64,000 nucleotides of DNA from Cyanophyceae cyanobacterium (lineage in GTDB: Bacteria; Cyanobacteriota; Cyanobacteriia; Cyanobacteriales; JBHJGN01): assembly GCA_050331735.1 (NCBI GenBank), contig JBHJGN010000066.1, positions 23,532 through 87,531 on the forward strand, read 5' to 3'. Shown here piece after piece: positions 51,643-61,654 of this stretch. A program made the translations under genes and the position numbers. Position 1 is the first letter of the stretch, and each line of letters opens with the position of its first letter. The notes under the pieces were generated by a model. That model saw nothing but the letters and a program-made list of their open reading frames with translations, was not told where the DNA came from and ran no database searches.

Positions 51643-54600
51643 CTAAATCTGAGCGATCGCTTCGGCAAGCATCCCGATAGTCAAGCGAATTTGCTCCTCA
51701 CTATGAACGCTCGTGACGAAAAAGCGCAGGCGAGCAGCATCGTAGGGAACAGAAGGATACACCATTGGCTGAACGTTGATCCCTCTTTGAAAGAGAAGTT
51801 GAGACAACTGCACGGCTTTACGAGGTTCGCCAACAATCACGGGAATAATCGGTGAGTCTTTGCTCGTGCCCGTATTGAATCCTTTATCTTTGGCTAATTC
51901 TAAAAACAGTTTCGCTCTCTCTTGCAAACGAGTCACCCGTTCCGGTTCCGCCTCCAAAAGCTGAAGGGCAGCTAGGGCAGCAGCGGCGTTAGCCGGAGAC
52001 ATGCCGACGCTATAGACAAAGCCCGGAGCCGTATACTTCAAATACTGCACCACTTCGCGACAGCCAGCGATATAGCCCCCGCAGCTTGCAAAAGATTTAC
52101 TCAAGGTTCCCATCCACAAATCCACCTCAGCCGCCAGAACGCCGTAATACTCGCCGATTCCCCGTCCTGATGCACCGAGTACGCCCACCGAATGGGCTTC
52201 GTCTACCATCAGCAAAGCTTTATAGCGGTGCTTCACGTCCACAAACTGCGGCAGCGGCGCAATATCTCCATCGGTGCTGTAAATTCCCTCGATAGCAATC
52301 AGCACTTTCTCATACTGATAGCGATACTGAGCCAGCATAGCTTCTAGCGTCTGCCAGTCGTTATGGGGAAACTCCATAACGGCTGCCCCAGAAAGCTGAC
52401 AGCCTTGGCGAATGCTGTTGTGGCTGATGGCATCGCACAGCACCAGATCGTTTGGCCCAAACAAATGACCGATGGTGGAGACGTTCGTCGCGTGTCCACC
52501 AATATAAATAATACAGTCTTCCGTATCAAGGAAATGGGCGATCGCCTCCTCCAATTTTCGGTGCAGCGGTCGTTCCCCAGACACAACCCGACTGGCAGAA
52601 ACAGACGTGCCGTAGCGCTCAATAGCGGCTTGCGCTGCCCGAGTCACGCGGGGGTCTCCAGATAAACCAAGATAGTTATAGCTAGAGAAATTAATCACTT
52701 CTCTGCCGCTAATTTGCGCTGTATCTCTGGCAATACCTTCGTGAACGGTAAAAAACGGATTGCCGAGCTTTTCTACTCTCGCCAAGTCCTGCTGGAGGTT
52801 TAGGTACTCCGGCATTTGAGAGAAGCGGTAGAATTTTTCTGGAATTTTCTGCTGAACAGATAATTGGATCGGTGCAGGATGTTGTTTACTCCCGTTGAGC
52901 GCAGGCTTTAGCTGAGGCTCTTGACGTGGCGATGGTCCACTGTCTACAGCAACCTGACTAATGTCAGGTAACGACCGCAAATAATCCGTGAGCGCTTCCA
53001 CCGTCGGGTAATCAAAGAACAACGTTTGCGGAATCGAGCATCTCAGGCTCGCCTGCAAGCTGTTTTTAAATTCCACCGCCATCAGAGAATCCATGCCTAA
53101 ATCGGCAAAGTTATCCTGCGTGTCAATCAGACCCGGGTCACTAAAGCCGAGCACCTTTGCCAGTTGAGACTGAACGTGGACCAGAAGAGAGGAGCGATCG
53201 CTCGCTTCCTCGATCTGCTGTTGCCCCTGAGAACTTGATGGCTTAAACTCCGGCGCTGGCTGCACGGCCTCAAAGAACGGATCGCGGGCCTGCTGCCAGA
53301 ACGTGGACCAGTTAATCGGCAACACCCCCACCTGCACTGCCTGCTGCTGCAACAGCAGTTCTAAAAGCGGTAGCCCCTGCTGCGGAGCAATTTTCCCGAT
53401 TCCCTGCTGTCTTAGTCTCTCCTGATCGCATTTATCTGCCGCCATGCCGATGCTCCACGGTCCCCAGTTGATACTTAATCCCGGTGAGCCGAGAGCATGA
53501 CGATGCTGCATTAACGCATCCATGAAAGCGTTAGCTGCTGCATAGTTACTCTGTCCCGGCGAACCTAGGAGTGAAGCAATCGAAGAAAAACAGACAAAGA
53601 AATCGAGCGGGACATCCTGGGTAGCAACGTGCAGGTTCCAGGCTCCGGCGACTTTGGGCTTCATCACCCGCTCGAAGCGATCGCGGTTTTGCTGCATCAG
53701 CAGTCCGTCATCGAGGACTCCGGCGGCGTGAATGACTCCCCTCAGCGGCACAGATGCCATTGCCACTAGGCGAGTCACGTCGTCGGGGTTAGAAATATCG
53801 GCTGGCACAACGGTCACGCAAGCCCGTGACTCTAGCTGTCGAATCGTCTCTTGCACCGATGCAGAATAGGTGCGTCCGGCGAGGATTAAATGCTTCGCTC
53901 CCTGCTCAACGAGCCACTGCGCTACCTGAAGCCCTAAAGCGCCTAACCCCCCCGTCACCAGATAGCTGCTGTCTTTTCTAATCAGTTGGGGGTTAGGGAA
54001 CGAAATGACAACTTTGCCAATGTGCTTGGCCTGAGCCATGTACCGAAACGCCTGCGCTGCCTCGGTAATGGGAAAGACCCGATGGGGTAACGGCTGGTAG
54101 TGGCCCTGCTGAAACTGTTGCATCACTTCGGTTAGCAGATTAGCAATCAATTCGGGTTGCTGCTGCGATACCTCTAGTAAGTCAAAGGGAAAGTAGGACA
54201 CATCCCCTCGCTCCTGCTTCACCTGGTGATCGCTCCAAATCCCGACCTTACCAATTTCGACAAAGCGACCGTTCGCTGCCAGAACCGCTAAATTTTTGGC
54301 AATAAATTCTCCATTAAGACTATTGAAAACCAGATCAACTCCTCGTCCTCCGGTAAGCTGCATTACCTCCTCGGCAAAATCGAGAGTCCGGGAGTTCATC
54401 ACGTGCTGGATGCCCTGAGAATTCAGAAACTCCCACTTGGGCGGACTAGCGGTGGCAAAGACTTCGGCTCCAGCTTGTTGAGCGATCTGTACGGCGGCTT
54501 GTCCGACACCTCCCGCCGCTGCGTGAATTAACACGCGATCGCCTGCCTTAATCTTAGCGAGATAATGCAGCCCATAAAAGGCCGTCAGAAACGCCGTCGG

Positions 54601-57600
54601 CAACGTGGCGGCAGCAGCAAAGCTTAAGGACTGGGGCTTGGGCACTACGAACTCCGCCTTCACCGTCACAAAACTACTCAAGCTGCCGATTGCCTGTGCC
54701 GCCATCACCTCATCGCCTACCTCAAGTCCGGTCACCCCGGCTCCCACCGCCACAACTGTGCCCGCACATTCACCGCCAAAGGGAACCGCCGCTGCCTCGG
54801 TAATGCCCATCTCTGCCAAATAGTCTTGAAGCATTCCCAACGCATTCATGACATCTCGAAAGTTCACCCCAGCCGCTCGCACCTGAATTTCCACCTCTCC
54901 TGGCTGAGGTGAACGACGCTCCGTTGGCACTAGGGTTAGGTTGTCGAGGACTCCATAAGCCGATAGTTGCAACTGCACCGGGTTAGCGAGGGCAGCGGCG
55001 GCGGTTCTAGAACGCGGCATCAAGCGGGCCACATAGCGGACTCCTTGACGGTAAGCTACCTGCTTCTCTGCATCCGGGGCCAATTCGTTCAGGAGTTCCT
55101 GGATATTGTCGGCTGCTGGATCTAAATCGATGCACCGACACAAATCGGGATGCTCTAGATTGATGGTGCGTCCCAGTCCCCATAAAGCACTCTGCTGAAC
55201 TCGCACGGGTGCAGACGTAACTGCTTGGGTTCCTCGCGTTACTAGTAAAAGTTGGGGTAGCGCTGTTGGCTGCACCTGAATGAAAGACTGAACGAGCTGG
55301 AGAACGGGATTGCAGACTTGAACGGCATCAGTGTTTGTCTTCTCTAAACTCCAAAGATAGATAACTCCATCACAGTCGGCTTGAGCAATAGCCGTCTGAA
55401 GCTTCTGCCGATCCGGGTCAGTTGGCTCAATGCAGATATGCGGATACTGAGTATCCGTGGAACTGGCAAAAACTAGTACACACCGATCGCCCCGTTCTTC
55501 GAGTAACCGTGCTAGCCTGACTCCAAGGTGGCGATCGCTAAAAATCAGCCAGCTTCTCTGTTCTTCTCGCTGGTGTTGCAGAGGTTGGGGCTGCCAAACC
55601 AGTTCATACAGCCAATCTGTCCGCTGGGTCGGATGGCTGGTAGACTGAAGCAAGAGTCCGTCAATTTGGGCGATCGCCCCTCCAGATTGGGTGAAAATTG
55701 TCAAGTTTGCTTTGAGCTGACGAGCAGAGCCATTAAACTCTTCTAGCTGCACCTGACAGAAACAGGTTGAGTCTGCTATGGCCCCTGATGTTTGCAGTCG
55801 CTCTACCCCCACCGGTAAAAATCTCCCCGGCTGTTCGTCACCACAGGCCGCTCCTAAAGACTGGAAACAGGCATCGAGTAGTACAGGATGGAGCTGATAC
55901 CCTGCTAAAGCAACTGATTCTGGGATCTGTATTTGGGCCAGGGCGCGACTTTCTCCCCGCCAAAGCTGCTGAATGGCTTGAAAACTCTCGCCGTAGTCCA
56001 GTCCTTGCTTCCGCAGTTGCTGATAGTAATCGGTGACTGAAACGGGTGCTGATGGATATTCTAAGTTGACGCTGCGCTCAAGCGGCGCTTGTTCGGCAAT
56101 GACTCCAGAAGCGTGAAGCGTTGAGGCGGCAGCACTATCGCCGACAAGGCTGTAAATTTGGAAGCGGTAGTGCTCTTGCTGCGGCGTAAGCACGAACTGA
56201 AGATTAACGTCTGCATCTGTCAGCACCAAAGCTTCTGCAATCGTCAACTGCTCAATCTGCACAGATTCAAAGACGCTAGCGCCAGCGGCTAAGGCCATTT
56301 CTACATAGGCAGAAGCGGGGAAAATAACTTTTGTCCCGACGCGATGATCTGTTAAATAGGCAAGATGAGCTTGATTAAGGCGCGACTGAAAGCGAATTTC
56401 TGCACTGCCTGCCAGCACAATTCGTTGACCAAGCAGGGGATGGAAAGAACTGTTTAAGGGATGCTTGCCCGAAGCCGCCGCCGGAAGACGCTCTGGCAGA
56501 ACTTTGGGCAAATCGTCACACCAGTACCGCTGACGCTGGAACGGATAGGTCGGCAACGGCACAAATTGATGCGGAGAATCCCCCTCAAAGCAGGACCAGT
56601 TGATTTTGACTCCGTGAGTGTAGAGTTGAGCCAGACTGGAGAGAAGGGTTTGCCAGTCTCGGTCGGAACGCAGACTGGGAAGAAATTCGGAATTGTCTGC
56701 TTGCTGCGTTTGTTGTTGATTCTCTAGAACAGCTCGCCCCATACTGCTCAGGAGCGGCTTAGGTCCGCATTCTAGGAAAAGGCTGTAGCCGGAACGGTGA
56801 AGTGTCTTGATGCCGTCTGCAAACCTGACAGTTTGTTGAATATGGCGACACCAGTATTGGGGAGTGGCGATTTCTGCTCCGATGGTGTCGCCGGTAACGT
56901 TTGAAATAATGTCGAGACGCGGTGGCGCATAGTCAATCTCACGGGCAACCTGCTCAAACTCCGCCAGCATCGGCTCCATGAGAGGGGAATGAAAGGCGTG
57001 GGACACATTGAGGGGAGTGGTATGTATCCCGTTGGTGGTAAACTTGGCAACGGCAGCAGCGATCGCCTCCCGTTCCCCGGAGATGACTACATTAGCAGGA
57101 CCATTCACGGCAGCGATCGCAACATCTAGATGAGAAGCGATCGCCTCGCGCACTTCCGCCTCACAAGCCGCTACTGACACCATCGCGCCCTCTTGAGGCA
57201 ACGCCTGCATCAAGCGTCCTCGGAGGGCAATCAGTCTTAAAGCCGCTTCTAAACTAAATACCCCAGCAATGCAGGCGGCGACGTATTCCCCAACGCTATG
57301 GCCTAACACCGCCGTTGGCACAACGCCCCAGGAAATCCAGAGCTGAGCGAGGGCGTATTCAATGGCAAATAGCGCTGGTTGGGTGTAGACTGTCTGATTG
57401 AGGAGCCTTGCTTCCCCTAGCTGAGGATAGAGGATGTCAATGAGGGAGCGGTCGAGCTCCGGCTCTAAAATGGCGGCGCAGCGGTTGAGCGTGGTGCGAA
57501 AAAGCGGAGAGGTTTGGTAAAGCTGATGTCCCATGTGGGGATATTGGGAACCCTGCCCGGTGAAGAGAAAGGCGATTGGCGATGGGCTAGTTGAGGGTTG

Positions 57601-59121
57601 AAATTTATGTTGTCCAGCCTGACGAAGCTGTTCGCGCAACTGTTCTGTTGACTGGGCGACAACGGCGAGGCGATGATGGAAATGCGATCGCCTGGTATTG
57701 GCGCTAAAACACACATCGGCTATGTCAACGTCGGGATAGTCCTCCAAAAACTGACAATAGCGCTGCGCTAATTCTGCTAAAGCATTGCCGCTGCGAGCCG
57801 AAAGCGCCAGCAACTGCACCGGGCGCTCCCCGGCTTCCTGGCGATTCACGGGTGGCTCGCTAGCTGACAGCACAACATGGGCATTCGTGCCGCCAAAGCC
57901 AAAGGAATTGACTCCCGCTACCGGAGTAGATTCCCAAGAAGTCAATGTTGTCTGAACCCGCAACGGCTGGTTATCTAAGCCGGGATGGGGGTGTTGACAG
58001 TGCAAACTCGGTGGAATCTGCCCGTACTTTAATGACAGCGCTACTTTGATCAGTCCGGCTATTCCGGCAGCGGTTTCTAAGTGTCCGATGTTGGTTTTCA
58101 CCGAGCCAATGGCACAGGGAGTTGCGGAGAGGCGTTCTGACAACACCGTTCCTAGGGCTTGTAGTTCTGTAGTATCTCCGAGCTTCGTTCCGGTTCCGTG
58201 GGCTTCGATATACTGAATTTGCCCGGGAGAGATTCCCGCCTGTCGGCAGGCGGCGCGGATTACGGCTTCTTGAGCCTGGGCATCGGGGGCAGCCAGTCCG
58301 TTGCTGCCGCCGTCTTGGTTAACGGCACTGCCGCGAATCACGGCATAAGTTGGGTCGCCGTCTGCCTGGGCTTGAGCGAGCGGCTTCAGCACCACAACCC
58401 CCGCTCCCTCACTGCGAACGTAGCCATCGGCTTGAGCATCAAAGCTTTTGCAGCGTCCATCGGGAGCTAGAAACCCGCCTTTAGTAAAGCCAATGGTGGT
58501 GGTGGGCAGCAGGAGAACGTTCACTCCTCCGGCTAGCGCTAAGCTCGATTCGCCCCGCCAGAGGCTGTGACAGGCTAGATGAACCGCGACGAGGGAAGAA
58601 GAACAGGCCGTCTCCACAGCCAGACTCGGTCCTTTGAAGTTAAAGACGTAGGAAAGCCGATTAGCGGCGATACAGTTGCCTGTTCCTGTGGTGACGTAAG
58701 GGTTGTTGCACAGGGGTTGGGAGTACAGAATCGAGTAATCGTGGGTGCCAGTACCGATAAATACTCCTGTTTGTGTTCCGGCGAGCTGCTCTGGAACCTG
58801 ACCGCCATCTTCGAGGGCTTCCCACGCCACCTCCAGCAGAAGGCGCTGCTGTGGGTCCATGCTGACGGCTTCTTTGGGAGCAATGCCAAAAAACTGGGGG
58901 TCGAACTGGTCAATCTGTTGGAGAAAGCCCCCGCGACGGATGTTGGTTTTGTTGGGCTTGGTGGGGTCGGGATCGTAGAACTGCTTGCTGTCCCAGCGAG
59001 ACTGCGGCACCTCCGTAATAGTGTCTACTCCGTGTTGCAAAAGCCGCCAAAAGGCTTGGGGACGATCGGCTCCCGGAAAACGACATCCAATTCCAACGAT
59101 GGCAATAGGCTCTGGGGGCAT
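51643..59121 (-). CDS. Type I PKS (KS-AT-DH-ER-KR-ACP) with C-terminal PLP alpha-oxoamine synthase domain
   Basis: KS ETACSSS, HGTGT, NIGHLE; AT GHSVG and HAFH; DH HRVGTKVIFP and LLDACFQ; ER LIHAAAGGVG; KR GGLGALG, LDD, NYAAAN; ACP GMDSL; oxoamine synthase SYNYLGL, SHNSI, DEAHS, GTLSKS. Confidence 0.93.
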   Translation of the reverse strand: MPPEPIAIVGIGCRFPGADRPQAFWRLLQHGVDTITEVPQSRWDSKQFYDPDPTKPNKTNIRRGGFLQQIDQFDPQFFGIAPKEAVSMDPQQRLLLEVAWEALEDGGQVPEQLAGTQTGVFIGTGTHDYSILYSQPLCNNPYVTTGTGNCIAANRLSYVFNFKGPSLAVETACSSSLVAVHLACHSLWRGESSLALAGGVNVLLLPTTTIGFTKGGFLAPDGRCKSFDAQADGYVRSEGAGVVVLKPLAQAQADGDPTYAVIRGSAVNQDGGSNGLAAPDAQAQEAVIRAACRQAGISPGQIQYIEAHGTGTKLGDTTELQALGTVLSERLSATPCAIGSVKTNIGHLETAAGIAGLIKVALSLKYGQIPPSLHCQHPHPGLDNQPLRVQTTLTSWESTPVAGVNSFGFGGTNAHVVLSASEPPVNRQEAGERPVQLLALSARSGNALAELAQRYCQFLEDYPDVDIADVCFSANTRRSHFHHRLAVVAQSTEQLREQLRQAGQHKFQPSTSPSPIAFLFTGQGSQYPHMGHQLYQTSPLFRTTLNRCAAILEPELDRSLIDILYPQLGEARLLNQTVYTQPALFAIEYALAQLWISWGVVPTAVLGHSVGEYVAACIAGVFSLEAALRLIALRGRLMQALPQEGAMVSVAACEAEVREAIASHLDVAIAAVNGPANVVISGEREAIAAAVAKFTTNGIHTTPLNVSHAFHSPLMEPMLAEFEQVAREIDYAPPRLDIISNVTGDTIGAEIATPQYWCRHIQQTVRFADGIKTLHRSGYSLFLECGPKPLLSSMGRAVLENQQQTQQADNSEFLPSLRSDRDWQTLLSSLAQLYTHGVKINWSCFEGDSPHQFVPLPTYPFQRQRYWCDDLPKVLPERLPAAASGKHPLNSSFHPLLGQRIVLAGSAEIRFQSRLNQAHLAYLTDHRVGTKVIFPASAYVEMALAAGASVFESVQIEQLTIAEALVLTDADVNLQFVLTPQQEHYRFQIYSLVGDSAAASTLHASGVIAEQAPLERSVNLEYPSAPVSVTDYYQQLRKQGLDYGESFQAIQQLWRGESRALAQIQIPESVALAGYQLHPVLLDACFQSLGAACGDEQPGRFLPVGVERLQTSGAIADSTCFCQVQLEEFNGSARQLKANLTIFTQSGGAIAQIDGLLLQSTSHPTQRTDWLYELVWQPQPLQHQREEQRSWLIFSDRHLGVRLARLLEERGDRCVLVFASSTDTQYPHICIEPTDPDRQKLQTAIAQADCDGVIYLWSLEKTNTDAVQVCNPVLQLVQSFIQVQPTALPQLLLVTRGTQAVTSAPVRVQQSALWGLGRTINLEHPDLCRCIDLDPAADNIQELLNELAPDAEKQVAYRQGVRYVARLMPRSRTAAAALANPVQLQLSAYGVLDNLTLVPTERRSPQPGEVEIQVRAAGVNFRDVMNALGMLQDYLAEMGITEAAAVPFGGECAGTVVAVGAGVTGLEVGDEVMAAQAIGSLSSFVTVKAEFVVPKPQSLSFAAAATLPTAFLTAFYGLHYLAKIKAGDRVLIHAAAGGVGQAAVQIAQQAGAEVFATASPPKWEFLNSQGIQHVMNSRTLDFAEEVMQLTGGRGVDLVFNSLNGEFIAKNLAVLAANGRFVEIGKVGIWSDHQVKQERGDVSYFPFDLLEVSQQQPELIANLLTEVMQQFQQGHYQPLPHRVFPITEAAQAFRYMAQAKHIGKVVISFPNPQLIRKDSSYLVTGGLGALGLQVAQWLVEQGAKHLILAGRTYSASVQETIRQLESRACVTVVPADISNPDDVTRLVAMASVPLRGVIHAAGVLDDGLLMQQNRDRFERVMKPKVAGAWNLHVATQDVPLDFFVCFSSIASLLGSPGQSNYAAANAFMDALMQHRHALGSPGLSINWGPWSIGMAADKCDQERLRQQGIGKIAPQQGLPLLELLLQQQAVQVGVLPINWSTFWQQARDPFFEAVQPAPEFKPSSSQGQQQIEEASDRSSLLVHVQSQLAKVLGFSDPGLIDTQDNFADLGMDSLMAVEFKNSLQASLRCSIPQTLFFDYPTVEALTDYLRSLPDISQVAVDSGPSPRQEPQLKPALNGSKQHPAPIQLSVQQKIPEKFYRFSQMPEYLNLQQDLARVEKLGNPFFTVHEGIARDTAQISGREVINFSSYNYLGLSGDPRVTRAAQAAIERYGTSVSASRVVSGERPLHRKLEEAIAHFLDTEDCIIYIGGHATNVSTIGHLFGPNDLVLCDAISHNSIRQGCQLSGAAVMEFPHNDWQTLEAMLAQYRYQYEKVLIAIEGIYSTDGDIAPLPQFVDVKHRYKALLMVDEAHSVGVLGASGRGIGEYYGVLAAEVDLWMGTLSKSFASCGGYIAGCREVVQYLKYTAPGFVYSVGMSPANAAAALAALQLLEAEPERVTRLQERAKLFLELAKDKGFNTGTSKDSPIIPVIVGEPRKAVQLSQLLFQRGINVQPMVYPSVPYDAARLRFFVTSVHSEEQIRLTIGMLAEAIAQI

Positions 59122-59401
59122 AGGTGTTCGAGAGTTGATGAGACAGCGGTGGTTAGGCGATCGCATCCCGTATAGCACGACGGGTTTTTTGTTGACAAGT
59201 CACCGTTAGCCCGTCGTAGGACAAGCGAGTATGCGGCGATCGTTAGTAAATTTGAACTGAAGCTACGAATTTAAAAGACAATCGGCGTTTCCGTCAAGAC
59301 ATTTTAGTGAAGATCTGTTGGCCTAAAGGGGAAAACTGCCCTTTTTGGGGAGGGAAAAGATTATCTTAAAAAGAAGCTCACTGTATTGGTCGGCAATTAG
59401 T

Positions 59402-59662
59402 ATGGCGCGTTTAAATCCTTACACTCTCCAAATGCAGATCACTCGGCTATTTTCCCAAGGACAATCTTTCTTTGCGGTTCCTAAAGTGCAAGATTGGCTC
59501 TGGGAGCGTAACCAAGATCCCCATGCCTACAACATCCTCTTTCACCAAAAACCTGCTCCCCCAGGCTCAGAAGCAGCGATGGTCATTGAAATTGAGCTAC
59601 AGCGCAAGGATGGTCAACCCGTCGATCCGTGGCTCCAGCAAGAAGTCAATCGACAGGGTTAA
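59402..59662 (+). CDS. Hypothetical cyanobacterial protein
   Basis: MARLNPYTLQMQITRLF..EIELQRKDGQPVDPWLQ; ATG 59402. Confidence 0.7.
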   Translation: MARLNPYTLQMQITRLFSQGQSFFAVPKVQDWLWERNQDPHAYNILFHQKPAPPGSEAAMVIEIELQRKDGQPVDPWLQQEVNRQG

Positions 59663-59663
59663 T

Positions 59664-59910
59664 GTCCCTGCGGGACGGGGAAGGGGGAAATAGTCCCTGC
59701 GGGACGGGGAAAGGGGAAATAGTTCCTGCGGAACGGGGAAGGGGGAAAGGGAATAAGTCGCTCTGCGACGAAGAACAAACACAGGACTAAACGTTCACTC
59801 CTGTAGAAGTTCCGGGTGCGGCGTTTAGCAAGCTAAGGAACAAGCTAAACAATCTCTCCCTTTCCCCCTTCCCCCTGCCCCTTTTCCCGCGCCTGCGGCG
59901 CTTTCCCCAT
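59664..59910 (+). repeat. Modular GA-rich/palindromic dispersed repeat, copy 3, with three 29-bp tandem units
   Basis: Units at 59664, 59693 and 59722 (GTCCCTGCGGGACGGGGAAGGGGGAAATA and variants), GTCGC-TCT-GCGAC, core CTAAGGAACAAGCTAAACAA, TTTCCCC arm, GCGCC-TGC-GGCGC. Confidence 0.8.
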
Positions 59911-59949
59911 TCTTTCAACTGTTTGTTCTCTACATAAAAGTATCAACAT

Positions 59950-60558
59950 ATGATTATTGTTATTACGGCTTTAAAAGGAGGAACCGGAAAGACCACAACG
60001 GCGATTCATTTGGCGGCTCATTTTCACGAACAGGCTCCTACTTTGCTGATTGATGCCGATAAAAATCGGTCGGCGTTGATCTGGTCTAGAGAAGAGAAAC
60101 TGCCTTTCTATGTGGCTTCTCAGGCAGGCTCGACGGCGCTGATTAGAAAAGCGACTCATATTATTATCGATACTCAAGCGCGTCCAGAAATCGAAGAACT
60201 CAAAGATTTAGCGGCGGAGAGTGATTTACTCGTTATTCCCACCACTCCGAATCATTTAGATATTGATGCTACTCTCAAAGCGGTGGAACTCCTTCAGTCT
60301 TTCAATGCTCAGTACAAAGTGCTGCTAACTCAAGTAGATTCGCGCACCAAGCACGGACGCAGCGCTAGGAAGCAGTTGGAAAAACTCGATCTGCCGCTAT
60401 TTAAAACCGATATTCCCCGTCTGGTAGCGTTTGAGCGAGCACCGAGTCAAGGCGTGACGGTGAAAGATTATCCCGATCCCCGCGCGCAAAAGGCGTGGTC
60501 TAGGTATCAGGCTGTGGGACGAGAGATTCTATCGATAAGCGGCAATGACGGCGATTGA
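59950..60558 (+). CDS. ParA/MinD family ATPase (short ParF/McdA-like type)
   Basis: KGGTGKTT deviant Walker A, IDADKN, IIDTQARP; no N-terminal HTH. Confidence 0.88.
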   Translation: MIIVITALKGGTGKTTTAIHLAAHFHEQAPTLLIDADKNRSALIWSREEKLPFYVASQAGSTALIRKATHIIIDTQARPEIEELKDLAAESDLLVIPTTPNHLDIDATLKAVELLQSFNAQYKVLLTQVDSRTKHGRSARKQLEKLDLPLFKTDIPRLVAFERAPSQGVTVKDYPDPRAQKAWSRYQAVGREILSISGNDGD

Positions 60559-60865
60559 ACTAAATTTATCTTTTCGCCAGCAGGAAGGGATTACTTTTCA
60601 GCGTCTCAGTATTCGGCTTACTGCACCTGATGGGTTGATTGAGCCGCAGGATTTGGCGGGACTGACTCTGCCAAAAGGGGTTCAGTGGACTCAGGGAATT
60701 GTGCTGGAGGGGCGAGCACCAATTTGGCTCTATGGCTATTTGGTTCACATCTGCCATGCGGCGGCGTGGGTAGGATGTTACGATCCGAGGCTGGGGGGAG
60801 CGGTGGTGGTGGAAAGTCACGTTAAGGGAATGGCGGTTGGGAGAGTGCTCAAGGTTTCGCTGTAG
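60545..60865 (+). CDS. csx3: CRISPR ring nuclease Crn3/Csx3
   Basis: GIVLEGRAPIWLYGYLVH..H..WVGCYDPRLGGAVVVESH is the Csx3 signature. Confidence 0.88.
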   Translation: MTAIELNLSFRQQEGITFQRLSIRLTAPDGLIEPQDLAGLTLPKGVQWTQGIVLEGRAPIWLYGYLVHICHAAAWVGCYDPRLGGAVVVESHVKGMAVGRVLKVSL

Positions 60866-60966
60866 ACGAGTTTGATCCCTTTTCCCCAAGATCTACCGTT
60901 TTGTCATGCCTTACAGAATGCTATATCTCGTTGCTCTGTTTTCTCCTGGCGTGATTTTCCATTGCC

Positions 60967-61206
60967 TTATGCTGTTACGGCTAAACGAAAGTCAGCAGCA
61001 ATATCTAGTTCGAGAACGTTTGAGTCTTTGAGGCGTTCTTGGAAAAAAGGAATTTCAACCCCTTCTACCTCATCCGTTTCTGGATTGTGGCGAGTGATCA
61101 CATCATCATCTCGATGTTCTAGCTCTTGTTCTTCGTATGGCTTCACCGTATCAATGTAGAGAATATCGCCAATGCGGTCATAATTAACGATCAACTTCTT
61201 GTCCAT
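60967..61206 (-). CDS. DUF2283 family protein (putative antitoxin)
   Basis: YDRIGDILYID..EVEGVEI; overlaps the upstream gene. Confidence 0.75.
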   Translation of the reverse strand: MDKKLIVNYDRIGDILYIDTVKPYEEQELEHRDDDVITRHNPETDEVEGVEIPFFQERLKDSNVLELDIAADFRLAVTA

Positions 61207-61517
61207 AAGACTTTCCCTTTTGGTAAGTTTCGAGCGCGATAAGCAGTAACAATCCAACTTCGCTCAACGGGTTCTAGGTCGCTTCTAACTATCACAATAA
61301 CGTACTTGCGGCGCTGAAAGTCGTCATAGAAGCGGCAAAACAAGCGAGTATTTGAGTTTTGCTGACTTCGGTGAATTTTATCTGGTTCAGCTATAGTTTG
61401 AGCCAAACGCTCTAGATAATCTTGGATCAATGTTGGATGACGATTTTCAATGTGTTCCTCTCTTTCGTCTGTTAGCTCGACATCTTTCCCTAAGTAGGGA
61501 CAAGAAAACTGTTCCAT
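61191..61517 (-). CDS. Putative BECR-fold nuclease toxin (PBECR2/DUF4258-like)
   Basis: LTDEREEHIENRHP..TIAEPD..VIVIV..WIVTAY; paired with DUF2283. Confidence 0.65.
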   Translation of the reverse strand: MEQFSCPYLGKDVELTDEREEHIENRHPTLIQDYLERLAQTIAEPDKIHRSQQNSNTRLFCRFYDDFQRRKYVIVIVRSDLEPVERSWIVTAYRARNLPKGKVLWTRS

Positions 61518-61654
61518 TTTCTTAAGTGGTCTTCTCTCTCAGCACTAAAATTTTACTTTTACCCACTCGTAAATACTGACGCTCATTTAAAATGTAGGAC
61601 TCTGTGGGTTCTTACTAAGACTAAAATTAGGTTGTTCGACGTAGAGATTTTTCT

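Noticed and set aside
51643..52835. Calling the PLP domain bioF or saxitoxin sxtA
   Set aside because: It is fused to a reducing PKS; no bio or sxt genes nearby and SxtA has a different domain set
58579..59175. 198-aa ORF antisense to the PKS KS domain
   Set aside because: Shadow ORF with no recognisable motifs
59472..59782. Short ORFs 59472-59693 (+) and 59597-59782 (-)
   Set aside because: Shadow frames over a real gene and the tandem repeat
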